The notes beneath the pieces are model-generated. The model worked only from the letters and a program-made list of their open reading frames with translations. It was not told the origin of the DNA and did not search any database. From a virus, in IMG/VR virus record IMGVR_UViG_3300021139_001840, positions 1-64,000 of that record: DNA of 64,000 nt. One strand, given 5' to 3'. Position numbers and translations under genes: made by a program. This document shows positions 10,108 through 19,022 of the stretch, piece by piece; position 1 is the stretch's first letter; each line of letters starts with the position of its first letter.

Positions 10108-10506
10108 ATGGGCATGTTTGATTGGCTAAAATATCAAGGTGAGGAATATCAAACAAAGGATACTCCAGCCCAATCATTAGATAATTATAAAATTGAACAG
10201 GATCAAACATCCGGTCATTGGCATTTATGGCATGAAGATTATGATGCTGAGTGGAAAGAAGATGCTGACAGATTTGGTGGCGGATACATAAAACATTTTA
10301 ATCAACGTTGGGTATGTTGCGAGGAGTTTGACGGTGAAATTCGTTTTTATCGAGAAGACAAAAACAATGGCGGGTACTACAACAACAGATGGATTGTATA
10401 CAAAACATTGTTTATGAATGGACAGATGTTGAAGATTAAAGAAGTTTTTGATGAACCACTTACAAAGTGGTACAAACAAGGTCTAGAAGATAAGGGAATA
10501 AAATGA
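10108..10506 (+). CDS. Hypothetical phage protein (MGMFD...QTKD type)
   Basis: GGAG SD before ATG 10108. Confidence 0.7.
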   Translation: MGMFDWLKYQGEEYQTKDTPAQSLDNYKIEQDQTSGHWHLWHEDYDAEWKEDADRFGGGYIKHFNQRWVCCEEFDGEIRFYREDKNNGGYYNNRWIVYKTLFMNGQMLKIKEVFDEPLTKWYKQGLEDKGIK

Positions 10507-11333
10507 GAGAATATTGGAGCTGTAGTAAATTGGCGGATAAGATTCGTGGTACTATGAAACCTGGTAGTTTAGAGTTGGGTAAATGGGAAGAGTGGGAGGA
10601 GCTAGCAAAAACTAACCACCCCGTTCGTTATTGGATAGTTGAGGAAGGCATGGACGCAGTACAAAAGTTTATTAATTGGCCCGCTGATCAAATTAATAAT
10701 GTTCGATATAGGCTTAATAATCGATTTGTTGCCGGAACCCACCAATTGACTTCGAGGCTTAAACGAGGTGAGTATCACGAATTGGATGAGCGCATACTAC
10801 ATTGTATCTTTGATGAGTTGGTTAATTTTGTTGAAATTGAAAAAGCATGGATGCAAGTTTGTTGGGGAGATGAAGCTACCCGGAAAAAATATCAACTACC
10901 ATTTTGGCGTAAGCAATGGTGGACTCGTTGGTTTATGACTTGGCGCAACCCGCAAGCTGGAATTGATCATTTACTTTGGGAAATGAGTTTGACTAATAAT
11001 GAATATGTAAATGAAACTGATCCAGAATTTGGTAAGCCAACTTATCAATCACTTAGAGCACAAGAAATATTGGACTTGTATCAATGGTGGACTGTAACTC
11101 GTCCAGCTCGTCCTGATCCATATGAGGCCAGCGGGTGGACAGCGTACTGCGAAGCCAGTCGCGAAGCCAATGGCGGCAAGTTGGGATGGAGCGGCAGTAA
11201 GGATAATGCTACACTTAAGAAAATGTCTAAAGAAGCGCACAAAAAATTAAACAAAATAGAAGTGGCGTATGATAAAGAAGATGAAGAAATGTTGATTAAA
11301 TTGATTAAGATTCGTAAAAATCTTTGGACTTAA
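10503..11333 (+). CDS. Hypothetical protein
   Basis: 276-aa ORF; ATGA overlap. Confidence 0.75.
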   Translation: MREYWSCSKLADKIRGTMKPGSLELGKWEEWEELAKTNHPVRYWIVEEGMDAVQKFINWPADQINNVRYRLNNRFVAGTHQLTSRLKRGEYHELDERILHCIFDELVNFVEIEKAWMQVCWGDEATRKKYQLPFWRKQWWTRWFMTWRNPQAGIDHLLWEMSLTNNEYVNETDPEFGKPTYQSLRAQEILDLYQWWTVTRPARPDPYEASGWTAYCEASREANGGKLGWSGSKDNATLKKMSKEAHKKLNKIEVAYDKEDEEMLIKLIKIRKNLWT

Positions 11334-11873
11334 ATGGGATTAGTACTACCACCTAATGACCCCGCCAACCCCAAGCGTAATAAATCTAACGTAGCTAATG
11401 GACGCGACAGCAAAGATATGGAAGTGGGAGATAATTTAGTTGCATTTATTAATCGTAATGTTAGTCCTTATCCTGTAGATGTAGGTGGTCCTAGTTTTGA
11501 TCTTATTCCCATCGAAAAACAAAAGGATCAGATGGTCAACGTGGCACGTATGCATGCCCGACAGGAATATAGTCGCATTATGGAGTTAGTAGCAGTATTA
11601 CAGCGTCAAGCGGATGAAGTGCGCAAACGAGTAGATATTACAGACTTAGTTCATGCCGCAAAGTATGCGTTTCAGATTTATCATGGACAATGTTATTGGT
11701 TAGTAAGGGACCATAAACGAGGTGGAACTATTTTAGTACAAACAGGGCCGGATGAATGGACAACTACTCCCCCGGAATATTATGAGTATATTTGCCGTGT
11801 CAAGTGGTTAGGTGATTATACATGGATCGAAGTGGATAACGAGGGTAATGATGTCTGGACAAACCGTTTTTGA
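11334..11873 (+). CDS. DUF2452-like protein
   Basis: Recalled resemblance: LQRQADEVRKRVDITDLVHAAKYAFQIYHGQCYWL. Confidence 0.55.
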   Translation: MGLVLPPNDPANPKRNKSNVANGRDSKDMEVGDNLVAFINRNVSPYPVDVGGPSFDLIPIEKQKDQMVNVARMHARQEYSRIMELVAVLQRQADEVRKRVDITDLVHAAKYAFQIYHGQCYWLVRDHKRGGTILVQTGPDEWTTTPPEYYEYICRVKWLGDYTWIEVDNEGNDVWTNRF

Positions 11874-12111
11874 GCAAATAGCAACACATATGGCGGAACG
11901 TAACGATACTACATTAAAAGTATGGTCAGGTAAGATTGACATAGAAGAATACCTACAATGGAAGAAAGACTTTATTTGGGAAGCGTTACATGGACAACGC
12001 TATGGGCAAAGTTTTTGTAATCGTTTTGGCATACACGACAATCATTTGTTTTATAATACAGGTGGTATAGAATGGGCAGACGAATATATTAAAAAGACTT
12101 ATTTTGCTTGA
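11851..12111 (+). CDS. Hypothetical protein
   Basis: GAGGG SD; part of coupled operon. Confidence 0.65.
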   Translation: MSGQTVFEQIATHMAERNDTTLKVWSGKIDIEEYLQWKKDFIWEALHGQRYGQSFCNRFGIHDNHLFYNTGGIEWADEYIKKTYFA

Positions 12112-12322
12112 TCCAAAATTTACTCACTCTGTTAGAATTACCATGGTACATAACGATGATATTTTGGCGTGGGATGAAATATGCTACAAGACTATAGAAT
12201 TATTTGGACTGCCAGGCGACAGATATATAACTGATATCAGCTACAAATGGATGGATTGGATATTTCGAGATGCTAAAGATGCGCTGATATTCAAATTAAA
12301 GTTTAGTGAGGTCACCGTATGA
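12104..12322 (+). CDS. Small hypothetical protein
   Basis: C-terminal F.DAKDALIFKLKF motif, similar to the next gene. Confidence 0.65.
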   Translation: MLDPKFTHSVRITMVHNDDILAWDEICYKTIELFGLPGDRYITDISYKWMDWIFRDAKDALIFKLKFSEVTV

Positions 12323-12552
12323 TTCTAGAACAAGGCGATTTTATACAACCAAAACAAGGATTTAATCATGCCAAAATGATTACCAAATCGTTTGGCGTAA
12401 TTGAAGAAATATTAGATTGGTGTAAACGTGAATTATCAAATGAATGGCGCTGGCAACTTAAAGAAGTTAGTACACATACTCGTAATGGTGAATACATATT
12501 TTATTTTGATTCCGAACGAGACTACTTGACTTTTTTAATGAAATGGGCATAG
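12319..12552 (+). CDS. Small hypothetical protein
   Basis: C-terminal FDSERDYLTFLMKW motif; ATGA overlap. Confidence 0.65.
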   Translation: MILEQGDFIQPKQGFNHAKMITKSFGVIEEILDWCKRELSNEWRWQLKEVSTHTRNGEYIFYFDSERDYLTFLMKWA

Positions 12553-12553
12553 T

Positions 12554-12582
12554 TTGACTTTTAATCATTTTTCAATTATAAT
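12554..12582 (+). promoter_or_regulatory. Sigma70-type promoter
   Basis: TTGACT-17-TATAAT. Confidence 0.8.
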
Positions 12583-12614
12583 ATAAACTGCTATAGTCAA
12601 TTAAGGAGTAAAAA

Positions 12615-12968
12615 ATGAAATCATATAGATTCTTGGGAGAAGAAGCCGAAGTATTAGGCAATAGACTTGACCATGCTCGTAAGATATTATTCGAAACAAC
12701 AACACCATGGGCTAAAAATTACTGGGGCCAAACAGTGGAACGTTTACTATTTCAATGGCGCCAACTACCTATTCTTCATGATGGAGATGCTCAAATAACT
12801 ATCATACCCAAATGGACAATCAGTTATGAATTTTATGAAAGTCAACAAGAAGGCAACTTGTACGGAGTAAGTGATCGTTTATACGATAAAGTGTTTAATA
12901 GCAAAAATGCCGACTTAACTGCCAGTTGGGAAGCTCATAGAGCACAAAGATTGGCAAGGGCTCAGTAA
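12615..12968 (+). CDS. Hypothetical protein
   Basis: AAGGAG SD. Confidence 0.75.
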   Translation: MKSYRFLGEEAEVLGNRLDHARKILFETTTPWAKNYWGQTVERLLFQWRQLPILHDGDAQITIIPKWTISYEFYESQQEGNLYGVSDRLYDKVFNSKNADLTASWEAHRAQRLARAQ

Positions 12969-13162
12969 TGAACGAACGTATTCGACAATTTGCTGAACAA
13001 TCTGGATGGTTAGCCAACGAACGTGATGTTGGTGATCAGTATCGTTTCTTCAATCAACTAAAATTTGCCAAATTAGTTGCCAAAGAATGTGCTGCTATAG
13101 CCGAAGAAGGAAGAGCAGTGGCTGTTGATATTGCTATTAAAAAATATTTTGGAATTGAATAA
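12968..13162 (+). CDS. Small phage protein (MNERIRQ...FAKLVAKEC type)
   Basis: TAATG coupling. Confidence 0.7.
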   Translation: MNERIRQFAEQSGWLANERDVGDQYRFFNQLKFAKLVAKECAAIAEEGRAVAVDIAIKKYFGIE

Positions 13163-13341
13163 TGAATATTACAAGAAAGCGTTTTAAATCACATGATGGA
13201 AAACTTTTCCATGTTAGAGAAGTTTCAATGGGTAGCGACAACAAACTTTGGGTGTACTATAATGAAGTTGACAAAGAGCATGAATATTCTTGTTTGCTAG
13301 AAGCATTTACTGATAGATTTACGCTAACGGAAGAAGAATGA
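13162..13341 (+). CDS. Hypothetical 59-aa protein (not in ORF track)
   Basis: MNITRKRFKSHDGKLFHV...; coupled by TAATG upstream and ATGA downstream. Confidence 0.7.
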   Translation: MNITRKRFKSHDGKLFHVREVSMGSDNKLWVYYNEVDKEHEYSCLLEAFTDRFTLTEEE

Positions 13342-13529
13342 CTGAAGAAAGATTGATGATTGTCGAAGCTGTATTCAATGGGCTTATTGGGCAAGAACAT
13401 TTGACCCAAGACGAAATCGATGAGTTTATGGAATTGGTATGTGATGCCGCCATTCAAAAAGAATTAGATGCGGCTGTGGAACGCGGTTGCGCAGTCTTTA
13501 GTGGATACGAGGACGAATCAATACATTAG
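13338..13529 (+). CDS. Small acidic hypothetical protein
   Basis: ATGA overlap. Confidence 0.65.
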   Translation: MTEERLMIVEAVFNGLIGQEHLTQDEIDEFMELVCDAAIQKELDAAVERGCAVFSGYEDESIH

Positions 13530-13591
13530 TTGTTATTAAAAAAATCAATAACGTTTATTAAAATTATTATTGGAAAAATTAATAAAAACCC

Positions 13592-13620
13592 TTGATCTTA
13601 TTATTAAATACTATTACAAT
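13592..13620 (+). promoter_or_regulatory. Sigma70-type promoter of the rubrerythrin operon
   Basis: TTGATC-17-TACAAT. Confidence 0.65.
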
Positions 13621-13645
13621 ATTACTTTACTTTAAGGAGATGTCA

Positions 13646-14095
13646 ATGAGTATTACTATTAAGAATTTGGAGGCGGCATTTGCAGGTGAAAGCCAAGCGT
13701 TTACCAAATATATGTATTTTGCTAAGATTGCTAGAGCAGAAGGATATGAGGAAGTAGCTAAACATTTTGAGCATACAGCTTCGCAAGAACTATTGCATTC
13801 GCATGGTCACTTGGAATTGATTGTGGGTAAACCCTCTACTAAAGAATGTTTGCAAATGGCCATTGAAGGTGAAACATACGAATTCACTACGATGTATCCA
13901 GAATTTTTAGACAAAGCCATGGAAGAAGGCGACTATGCGGCAGCCAAAGAAGCAAAAACACAAATTGCCGAAAGCAGAGAACATGCTAGTGAATTCGTAA
14001 CTATGCTGAAAAAAGCTGAAAAACGATTTGCTGCATTATCTCGAGTAGAAAAGCGTCATGCTGAGGCTTATTCAAAAGTGCTGGAGACTCTATAA
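13646..14095 (+). CDS. rbr: Rubrerythrin (short form, no fused rubredoxin)
   Basis: NLEAAFAGESQA...YFAKIARAEG...QELLH...EGETYE...MYP...ESREH; AAGGAG SD. Confidence 0.9.
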   Translation: MSITIKNLEAAFAGESQAFTKYMYFAKIARAEGYEEVAKHFEHTASQELLHSHGHLELIVGKPSTKECLQMAIEGETYEFTTMYPEFLDKAMEEGDYAAAKEAKTQIAESREHASEFVTMLKKAEKRFAALSRVEKRHAEAYSKVLETL

Positions 14096-14226
14096 TGAAA
14101 CAAGTTTATCGTTGTATCGTTTGCGGACATACATTAACCGTAGAAGAATATAATTCTATGCCAGAGGACTATACCTGTCCAGATTGTGGAGTAGGTAAAT
14201 CAGATTATGAATTGGTAGATTTTTAA
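14095..14226 (+). CDS. Rubredoxin (43 aa; not in ORF track)
   Basis: MKQVYRCIVCGH...PEDYTCPDCGVGKSDY, two CxxC motifs; TAATG coupled to rubrerythrin. Confidence 0.9.
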   Translation: MKQVYRCIVCGHTLTVEEYNSMPEDYTCPDCGVGKSDYELVDF

Positions 14227-14249
14227 TCCAATTGTAATATTTGAGTTAG

Positions 14250-14325
14250 TAAATACTCTGCGGGCACAAGATAAGGTGTCGCTGGATCCGTAACCAGTAC
14301 TAAAGGACCTTTTGGTCCTTTTTTT
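14250..14325 (+). ncRNA. Candidate small structured RNA between a TAAATA promoter and a terminator
   Basis: TAAATA at 14250; hairpins GCG(G)GCAC/GTGTCGC and CTGG/CCAG; terminator AAAGGACC-TTTT-GGTCCTTT plus T run. Confidence 0.5.
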
Positions 14326-14396
14326 ATTGTAATAATTTTCTGGTTGATTTTTGCTATATACTATGTTACAGTTATATTACAAAAGGAGGATTGGCT

Positions 14397-14555
14397 ATGA
14401 AACAAAAAAAATTAATTTCCAAATTGTATCAGGCTTGTCTAGACCACAACGTCGAAAAGGTTCAAGAACTCAAGAAAAAAGAGTTTGAAAAAATCTTTAA
14501 ACACAAGGCCCAAGGCAAACAATTTGATACTAAGTGGCATGTAGTTACGGTGTAA
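14397..14555 (+). CDS. Small basic protein (52 aa; not in ORF track)
   Basis: AAGGAGG SD; [17 protein letters not shown]... Confidence 0.7.
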   Translation: MKQKKLISKLYQACLDHNVEKVQELKKKEFEKIFKHKAQGKQFDTKWHVVTV

Positions 14556-14600
14556 CAGGAGTGTAATAACGTTTTCTCTGGCAACGCAGTAAATAGTATT

Positions 14601-15359
14601 ATGCCAGAGAAAACTTACCGTTCAATCTTCATCTCAGACATACATCTCGGGACCCGTGACTGTAAGGCAGAAGCTCTCAATAACTTTCTCAAGCACAACA
14701 CCTGCGAAACACTTTATCTTGTAGGCGATGTGATAGATGCCTGGAAAATACAGCAAAACAAATGGCGTTGGAAACAGAGCCATACCAATGTTGTACGCAG
14801 AATCTTGGGCCATGCCAAGCGCGGCACTAGAGTGATTTATGTGGCTGGAAATCACGATGAATTCCTCCGCCCGCTTATTCCTTATGGTATGGGTTTTGGC
14901 GCAGTAGAAATTGTTAATCAAACGGAACACATTGGATTAGATGGTAAACACTATCTAGTTACACACGGCGATCTCTTTGATGGCATTACACGCTTGGCTC
15001 CCTGGCTGAGTTTCCTAGGAGATAAATTATATGACTTCGTTCTCGATCTTAACAGCAGGTTTAATTGGATACGCCACAGGATGGGTTTTGGTTATTGGAG
15101 TTTGTCTAAGTTTCTCAAGCATAAGGTCAAGAAAGCCGCTGACTTTATGTTTCAGTTTGAGCTTAATCTTGCTGGTTATTGCCGCAAGCGCGGTTATGAT
15201 GGCGTTATCGTAGGTCATATTCACTCGGCCGAAATAAAAGAAATAGATGGCATTATCTACATGAATGACGGTGACTGGGTGGAGTCAATGACCGCACTAG
15301 TGGAACATCACGATGGTCAGTGGGAAATTGTGTCTTGGACTAAAACAAGTGACAAATAA
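14601..15359 (+). CDS. PlcP/LpxH-like metallophosphoesterase (putative phospholipase C)
   Basis: SDIHLG, LVGDVID.W, GNHDEFLR, HGDLFD, GHIH, NDGDWVES. Confidence 0.85.
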   Translation: MPEKTYRSIFISDIHLGTRDCKAEALNNFLKHNTCETLYLVGDVIDAWKIQQNKWRWKQSHTNVVRRILGHAKRGTRVIYVAGNHDEFLRPLIPYGMGFGAVEIVNQTEHIGLDGKHYLVTHGDLFDGITRLAPWLSFLGDKLYDFVLDLNSRFNWIRHRMGFGYWSLSKFLKHKVKKAADFMFQFELNLAGYCRKRGYDGVIVGHIHSAEIKEIDGIIYMNDGDWVESMTALVEHHDGQWEIVSWTKTSDK

Positions 15360-16260
15360 CGACAAATTATATGTAGTAACTAGCATATTCAATCCTCAAG
15401 AATATCAATCAAGATATCGGTTATACAATAATTTTGCTGATTATATTAAACAATTTGAAAATGTTGAATTGTGGACTGTAGAACTTATATTTGAAGGGCA
15501 AAATTTTGTAGTTACACAATCAGATTGTCCGCAACATATACAGCTCAAGACTGATGAAATTTTATGGTATAAAGAAAATTTACTTAATATCGGCATCCAA
15601 CATCTTCCTGTTGAGGCCAAATATATTGCTTGGATAGATGCTGACATTGTATTTGAAAATCCTAATTGGTCAGTTAACACTATAGCCGCATTAGACCAGT
15701 ATCCTTTTGTGCAAATGTTTGAAGAAGCTCTTGACCTTGGCCCTGACGGCGAAGTTGTTGGGCGAGATAAAAGTTTTATATACAAATGGTTAAACGGCAA
15801 TGAAAATCCTAAAAAACGGGGCCGTTCGGGACTAGCTTGGGCCGCTACTCGTGATGCTTTAGATTGTGTTGGCGGGTTAATTGATTGGGGTATCGTAGGA
15901 TCAGGTGACTGGTTTATGGCATTTAGTTTAACAGAGCAAGTAACGGATTCTAGTTTAAATAGAAAGAGCGGCGGATTCAGCGGCCAAGCTATACAAGCGT
16001 GGGCGGACTTATGTAAAAAATGCGTGGCAGGTAATGTAGGATATGTTACTGGATCAATAAAACATAACTGGCACGGTAAAAAATCAAACCGTGGTTATAA
16101 TTGGCGTTGGAAAATATTAAGCGAAAATAAATTTAATCCCATTGAAGATTTAGGATATAAAGAAAATGGATTGATTAAACTTAAATCGCACAAACCTCAA
16201 TTATTAGAAGATATACAACAATACTTTCAATCTAGAGATGAAGACGATACAGAAAAATAA
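15349..16260 (+). CDS. GT-A fold glycosyltransferase-like protein
   Basis: KENLLNIG, WIDADIVF (DxD), GSGDW, HNWHG. Start uncertain (GTG 15349 or ATG 15313). Confidence 0.7.
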   Translation: MTNNDKLYVVTSIFNPQEYQSRYRLYNNFADYIKQFENVELWTVELIFEGQNFVVTQSDCPQHIQLKTDEILWYKENLLNIGIQHLPVEAKYIAWIDADIVFENPNWSVNTIAALDQYPFVQMFEEALDLGPDGEVVGRDKSFIYKWLNGNENPKKRGRSGLAWAATRDALDCVGGLIDWGIVGSGDWFMAFSLTEQVTDSSLNRKSGGFSGQAIQAWADLCKKCVAGNVGYVTGSIKHNWHGKKSNRGYNWRWKILSENKFNPIEDLGYKENGLIKLKSHKPQLLEDIQQYFQSRDEDDTEK

Positions 16261-17260
16261 ACTTAAAACAATTTTAATAGTTACAGACAATGTTACAAAT
16301 CAAATTAACGGAGTGGTCACAACTTTCAAAGCCTTGGAAGATTGCGCTAATGATGCTGGGTATAACATTGTTTATTGTGATCCCGGGCAGTTCCCTCATA
16401 TTGATTGTCCTGGTTACCCTGAAGTTAAACTTTCCTGGCCACACGGCATTTCTAAAAAGATTAAGGCGTTACAGCCGGATTATATTCACATTGCCACCGA
16501 AGGGCCAGTAGGATTCTTTGCTCGTTGGTGGTGTGAGCGTAATAGCATTCCATATAATACAAGTTATCATACAGATTTTCCTAAGTTTTTAAAAACAATG
16601 TATGGCATACCTAAATCTTGGACTTATTGGTATTTGCGTTGGTTTCATAAAAACAGTCATCGAGTATTAACTACAACCAAAAGTATTAAAAAAGATTTAG
16701 AACTACACGGATTTAAAAATTTAGTAGTATGGACTCGTGGGGTGGACAGAACTATATTTAATAGCACACATCGTGGAGAAACTGTAGCAGGCCGACCTAT
16801 ACTATTAAATGTTAGTCGTGTTAGTAAAGAAAAAGGCTTAGATGATTTTTGTCGTTTAGATTATCCTGGCGCAACTAAAATCATAGTAGGTGACGGTCCG
16901 TATCGACGAGAGTTAGAACAACGTTATCCCAAGGTTCATTTTGCTGGAGCCAAACGAGGAATACAATTGGCACATTATTATGCCCAAGCTGATGTATTTG
17001 TATTTCCAAGTCGTTCCGATACGTTTGGTGTAGTTAACATAGAAGCCATGGCTTGTGGAACTCCTGTCGCTGCTTATCCCGTTCCTGGTCCCATTGACAT
17101 TATCGAAGAAGGAATAACGGGTAGTTTAGATAATAATCTAGCATTGGCTATTGCTCGTTGTTTGCTACTCAATCGTTCTCAAGTAGAAGATGCCAGTTTG
17201 AAATGGACATGGGATAAATGCTGGCATATATTCCAAAAAAACCTTGTGTCTATTGTATAA
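16238..17260 (+). CDS. GT4 glycosyltransferase, Agt-like
   Basis: QINGVV, IHIATEGPVG, TSYHTDFP, FPSRSDTFGVVNIEAMACGTPV. Confidence 0.9.
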   Translation: MKTIQKNKLKTILIVTDNVTNQINGVVTTFKALEDCANDAGYNIVYCDPGQFPHIDCPGYPEVKLSWPHGISKKIKALQPDYIHIATEGPVGFFARWWCERNSIPYNTSYHTDFPKFLKTMYGIPKSWTYWYLRWFHKNSHRVLTTTKSIKKDLELHGFKNLVVWTRGVDRTIFNSTHRGETVAGRPILLNVSRVSKEKGLDDFCRLDYPGATKIIVGDGPYRRELEQRYPKVHFAGAKRGIQLAHYYAQADVFVFPSRSDTFGVVNIEAMACGTPVAAYPVPGPIDIIEEGITGSLDNNLALAIARCLLLNRSQVEDASLKWTWDKCWHIFQKNLVSIV

Positions 17261-17278
17261 AAATAAAATTACTTTTGG

Positions 17279-17307
17279 TTGATTCTTTATTACCAAACTG
17301 TTATAAT
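17279..17307 (+). promoter_or_regulatory. Sigma70-type promoter
   Basis: TTGATT-17-TATAAT; ATG 6 nt downstream. Confidence 0.8.
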
Positions 17308-17313
17308 CACAGT

Positions 17314-17544
17314 ATGAAAAATAAAGAATTAGCACATTACGTCAAGTGGGTAGCAACCACAATTACCCTTTCGGGCGCAGTATTAGCTTCATTAAACATT
17401 TATCCCTATAGTGCCGTCACGCTAAACATTGGAGCGGGGTTATTCTTAATCTGGGCTATTTTGGTTAAAGATCGTGCTATGATCACAGTAAATCTTGGGT
17501 TATTACTAATATATTCAACGGGATTAGCTATTAAATCGTTGTAA
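17314..17544 (+). CDS. Small three-TM membrane protein
   Basis: Three hydrophobic segments. Confidence 0.7.
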   Translation: MKNKELAHYVKWVATTITLSGAVLASLNIYPYSAVTLNIGAGLFLIWAILVKDRAMITVNLGLLLIYSTGLAIKSL

Positions 17545-17622
17545 AAATACAACATCTATTTTGGTTGACAAGTTATTCATTTGGAACTATACTGCATGTA
17601 TAGTAATTAATTAGGAGCAAAT

Positions 17623-17835
17623 ATGTTTGAAACTTGTGTAGATCAGTTAGTTAAAGTAACACTAACCAATGAACCCATTAAAACTGAATGGTTTAATGGT
17701 ACACTATTTGTTAGCACTATTAACGAAGCTCAAGCTCGTAGTGTGTTTCATAGATTGAGCCAAACTTTAGGATTGGGCAAGGTTCAAATAAGTCCAATTG
17801 GTGATACAGGCGAATATGCCTACGATTTTGTTTAA
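17623..17835 (+). CDS. Hypothetical protein
   Basis: AGGAG SD; upstream TTGACA-17-TATACT promoter. Confidence 0.75.
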   Translation: MFETCVDQLVKVTLTNEPIKTEWFNGTLFVSTINEAQARSVFHRLSQTLGLGKVQISPIGDTGEYAYDFV

Positions 17836-17850
17836 TTAAGGAGCGATAAC

Positions 17851-18237
17851 ATGGCTTATATTAATAAAAATGATGTGGCACAAATCCGTAATGAACTTAA
17901 AGCGGCATTCCCTAAATTTAAATTTGGGGTACGCAAAGACAACGGATTGGCAGTAGACGTGACCATCAAATCCGGTCCTACCAACTTTGACGCAATTTTT
18001 ACTCATGGTAAAGGGTATGCTCAGATTAATCAATATTGGTTAGGAAACTATGGTGACCATAGTGAGTTTTTAACCAAAGTATTAGATATTATCAAAACGG
18101 CTCCAAGTCGTGGCGAAGGATTCCACAAAGGTTCTGGCTGGTTTGATGAATCAGACGCAATGACTGACTACTTCCATACAGCATACTATATTCATTTGAA
18201 TATTGGTAGCTGGAGCAAACCATACGAGGTGAAGTAA
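17851..18237 (+). CDS. LPD29-like early protein
   Basis: IRNELKAAFPKFKFGVR...SDAMTDYFHTAYY; AAGGAG SD. Confidence 0.65.
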   Translation: MAYINKNDVAQIRNELKAAFPKFKFGVRKDNGLAVDVTIKSGPTNFDAIFTHGKGYAQINQYWLGNYGDHSEFLTKVLDIIKTAPSRGEGFHKGSGWFDESDAMTDYFHTAYYIHLNIGSWSKPYEVK

Positions 18238-18416
18238 TGATTAATCCAATTCCACGCAGTGGGTTGTTTGTCACTCCAGATAGCTTTGAAGAGCTAATGA
18301 AAATGACTGAAGGATGTAGTGGCAGTGATCAAGAACGTAGATTAGTTTTTCTAGGAGCTATGATGGCACTTAATCTAGCACATAAATTGGTTGAAGAATC
18401 TAAAGAGGTAGCATAA
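18237..18416 (+). CDS. Hypothetical 59-aa protein (not in ORF track)
   Basis: GAGGTG SD; TAATG coupling. Confidence 0.65.
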   Translation: MINPIPRSGLFVTPDSFEELMKMTEGCSGSDQERRLVFLGAMMALNLAHKLVEESKEVA

Positions 18417-18565
18417 TGACACAAATTAAAACTCGCACAGACGCAGAATTAGATGCGTTTGAATACTTAAGATTTGAAATGGAGTATGAAGACTGGTGTA
18501 AAAAATATACTCCAAATTACATCATTGAAAATGAGGATGATGTTTTGGATAACCAAAATAACTAA
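18416..18565 (+). CDS. Hypothetical 49-aa protein (not in ORF track)
   Basis: GAGG SD; TAATG coupling. Confidence 0.6.
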   Translation: MTQIKTRTDAELDAFEYLRFEMEYEDWCKKYTPNYIIENEDDVLDNQNN

Positions 18566-18662
18566 AGTGGTTGATTTCAAAAGCAAATTCAGCTATAATA
18601 GTAGTGTAGTAAGTAGTATAGGCATCAAAATTAACTTAAATAGGCAACTAGAAAGGCATCAA

Positions 18663-18992
18663 ATGAAACAAGAACTTTTATTTACAGTAGCAGGTACTTC
18701 AAACCGTCAAGGCGAAGTTAAAGTACGTTTTGCCAATGACTTGGTAAGTCGTATTAAAGCATTACATCGTGCTGGTCACGCCGACATTAACTTGGTTGAA
18801 CTTCCAAAGCCAATGTCTAAACTTGAAGCGTTGCAATATCTTCAAGCACAAGGTATTACACAAGGTGACGCAGGTTATGCTGTGGCCGCTAAAGTGGCTG
18901 AGAAGACTAAAGTCGCCAAAAAAGGCGAAGTTAAAGTTAAAGCAACTGGTGTAAAAGCCACTGCTAAAACTGGTCAAGCTCAAGCGGTATAA
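18663..18992 (+). CDS. Hypothetical protein with Lys/Ala-rich tail
   Basis: AAAGG SD; TTGATT-17-TATAAT promoter near 18570; hairpin TTAGGGAC/GTCCCTAA follows the stop. Confidence 0.75.
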   Translation: MKQELLFTVAGTSNRQGEVKVRFANDLVSRIKALHRAGHADINLVELPKPMSKLEALQYLQAQGITQGDAGYAVAAKVAEKTKVAKKGEVKVKATGVKATAKTGQAQAV

Positions 18993-19022
18993 TCATTTAG
19001 GGACTTTGGTCCCTAATTATAT

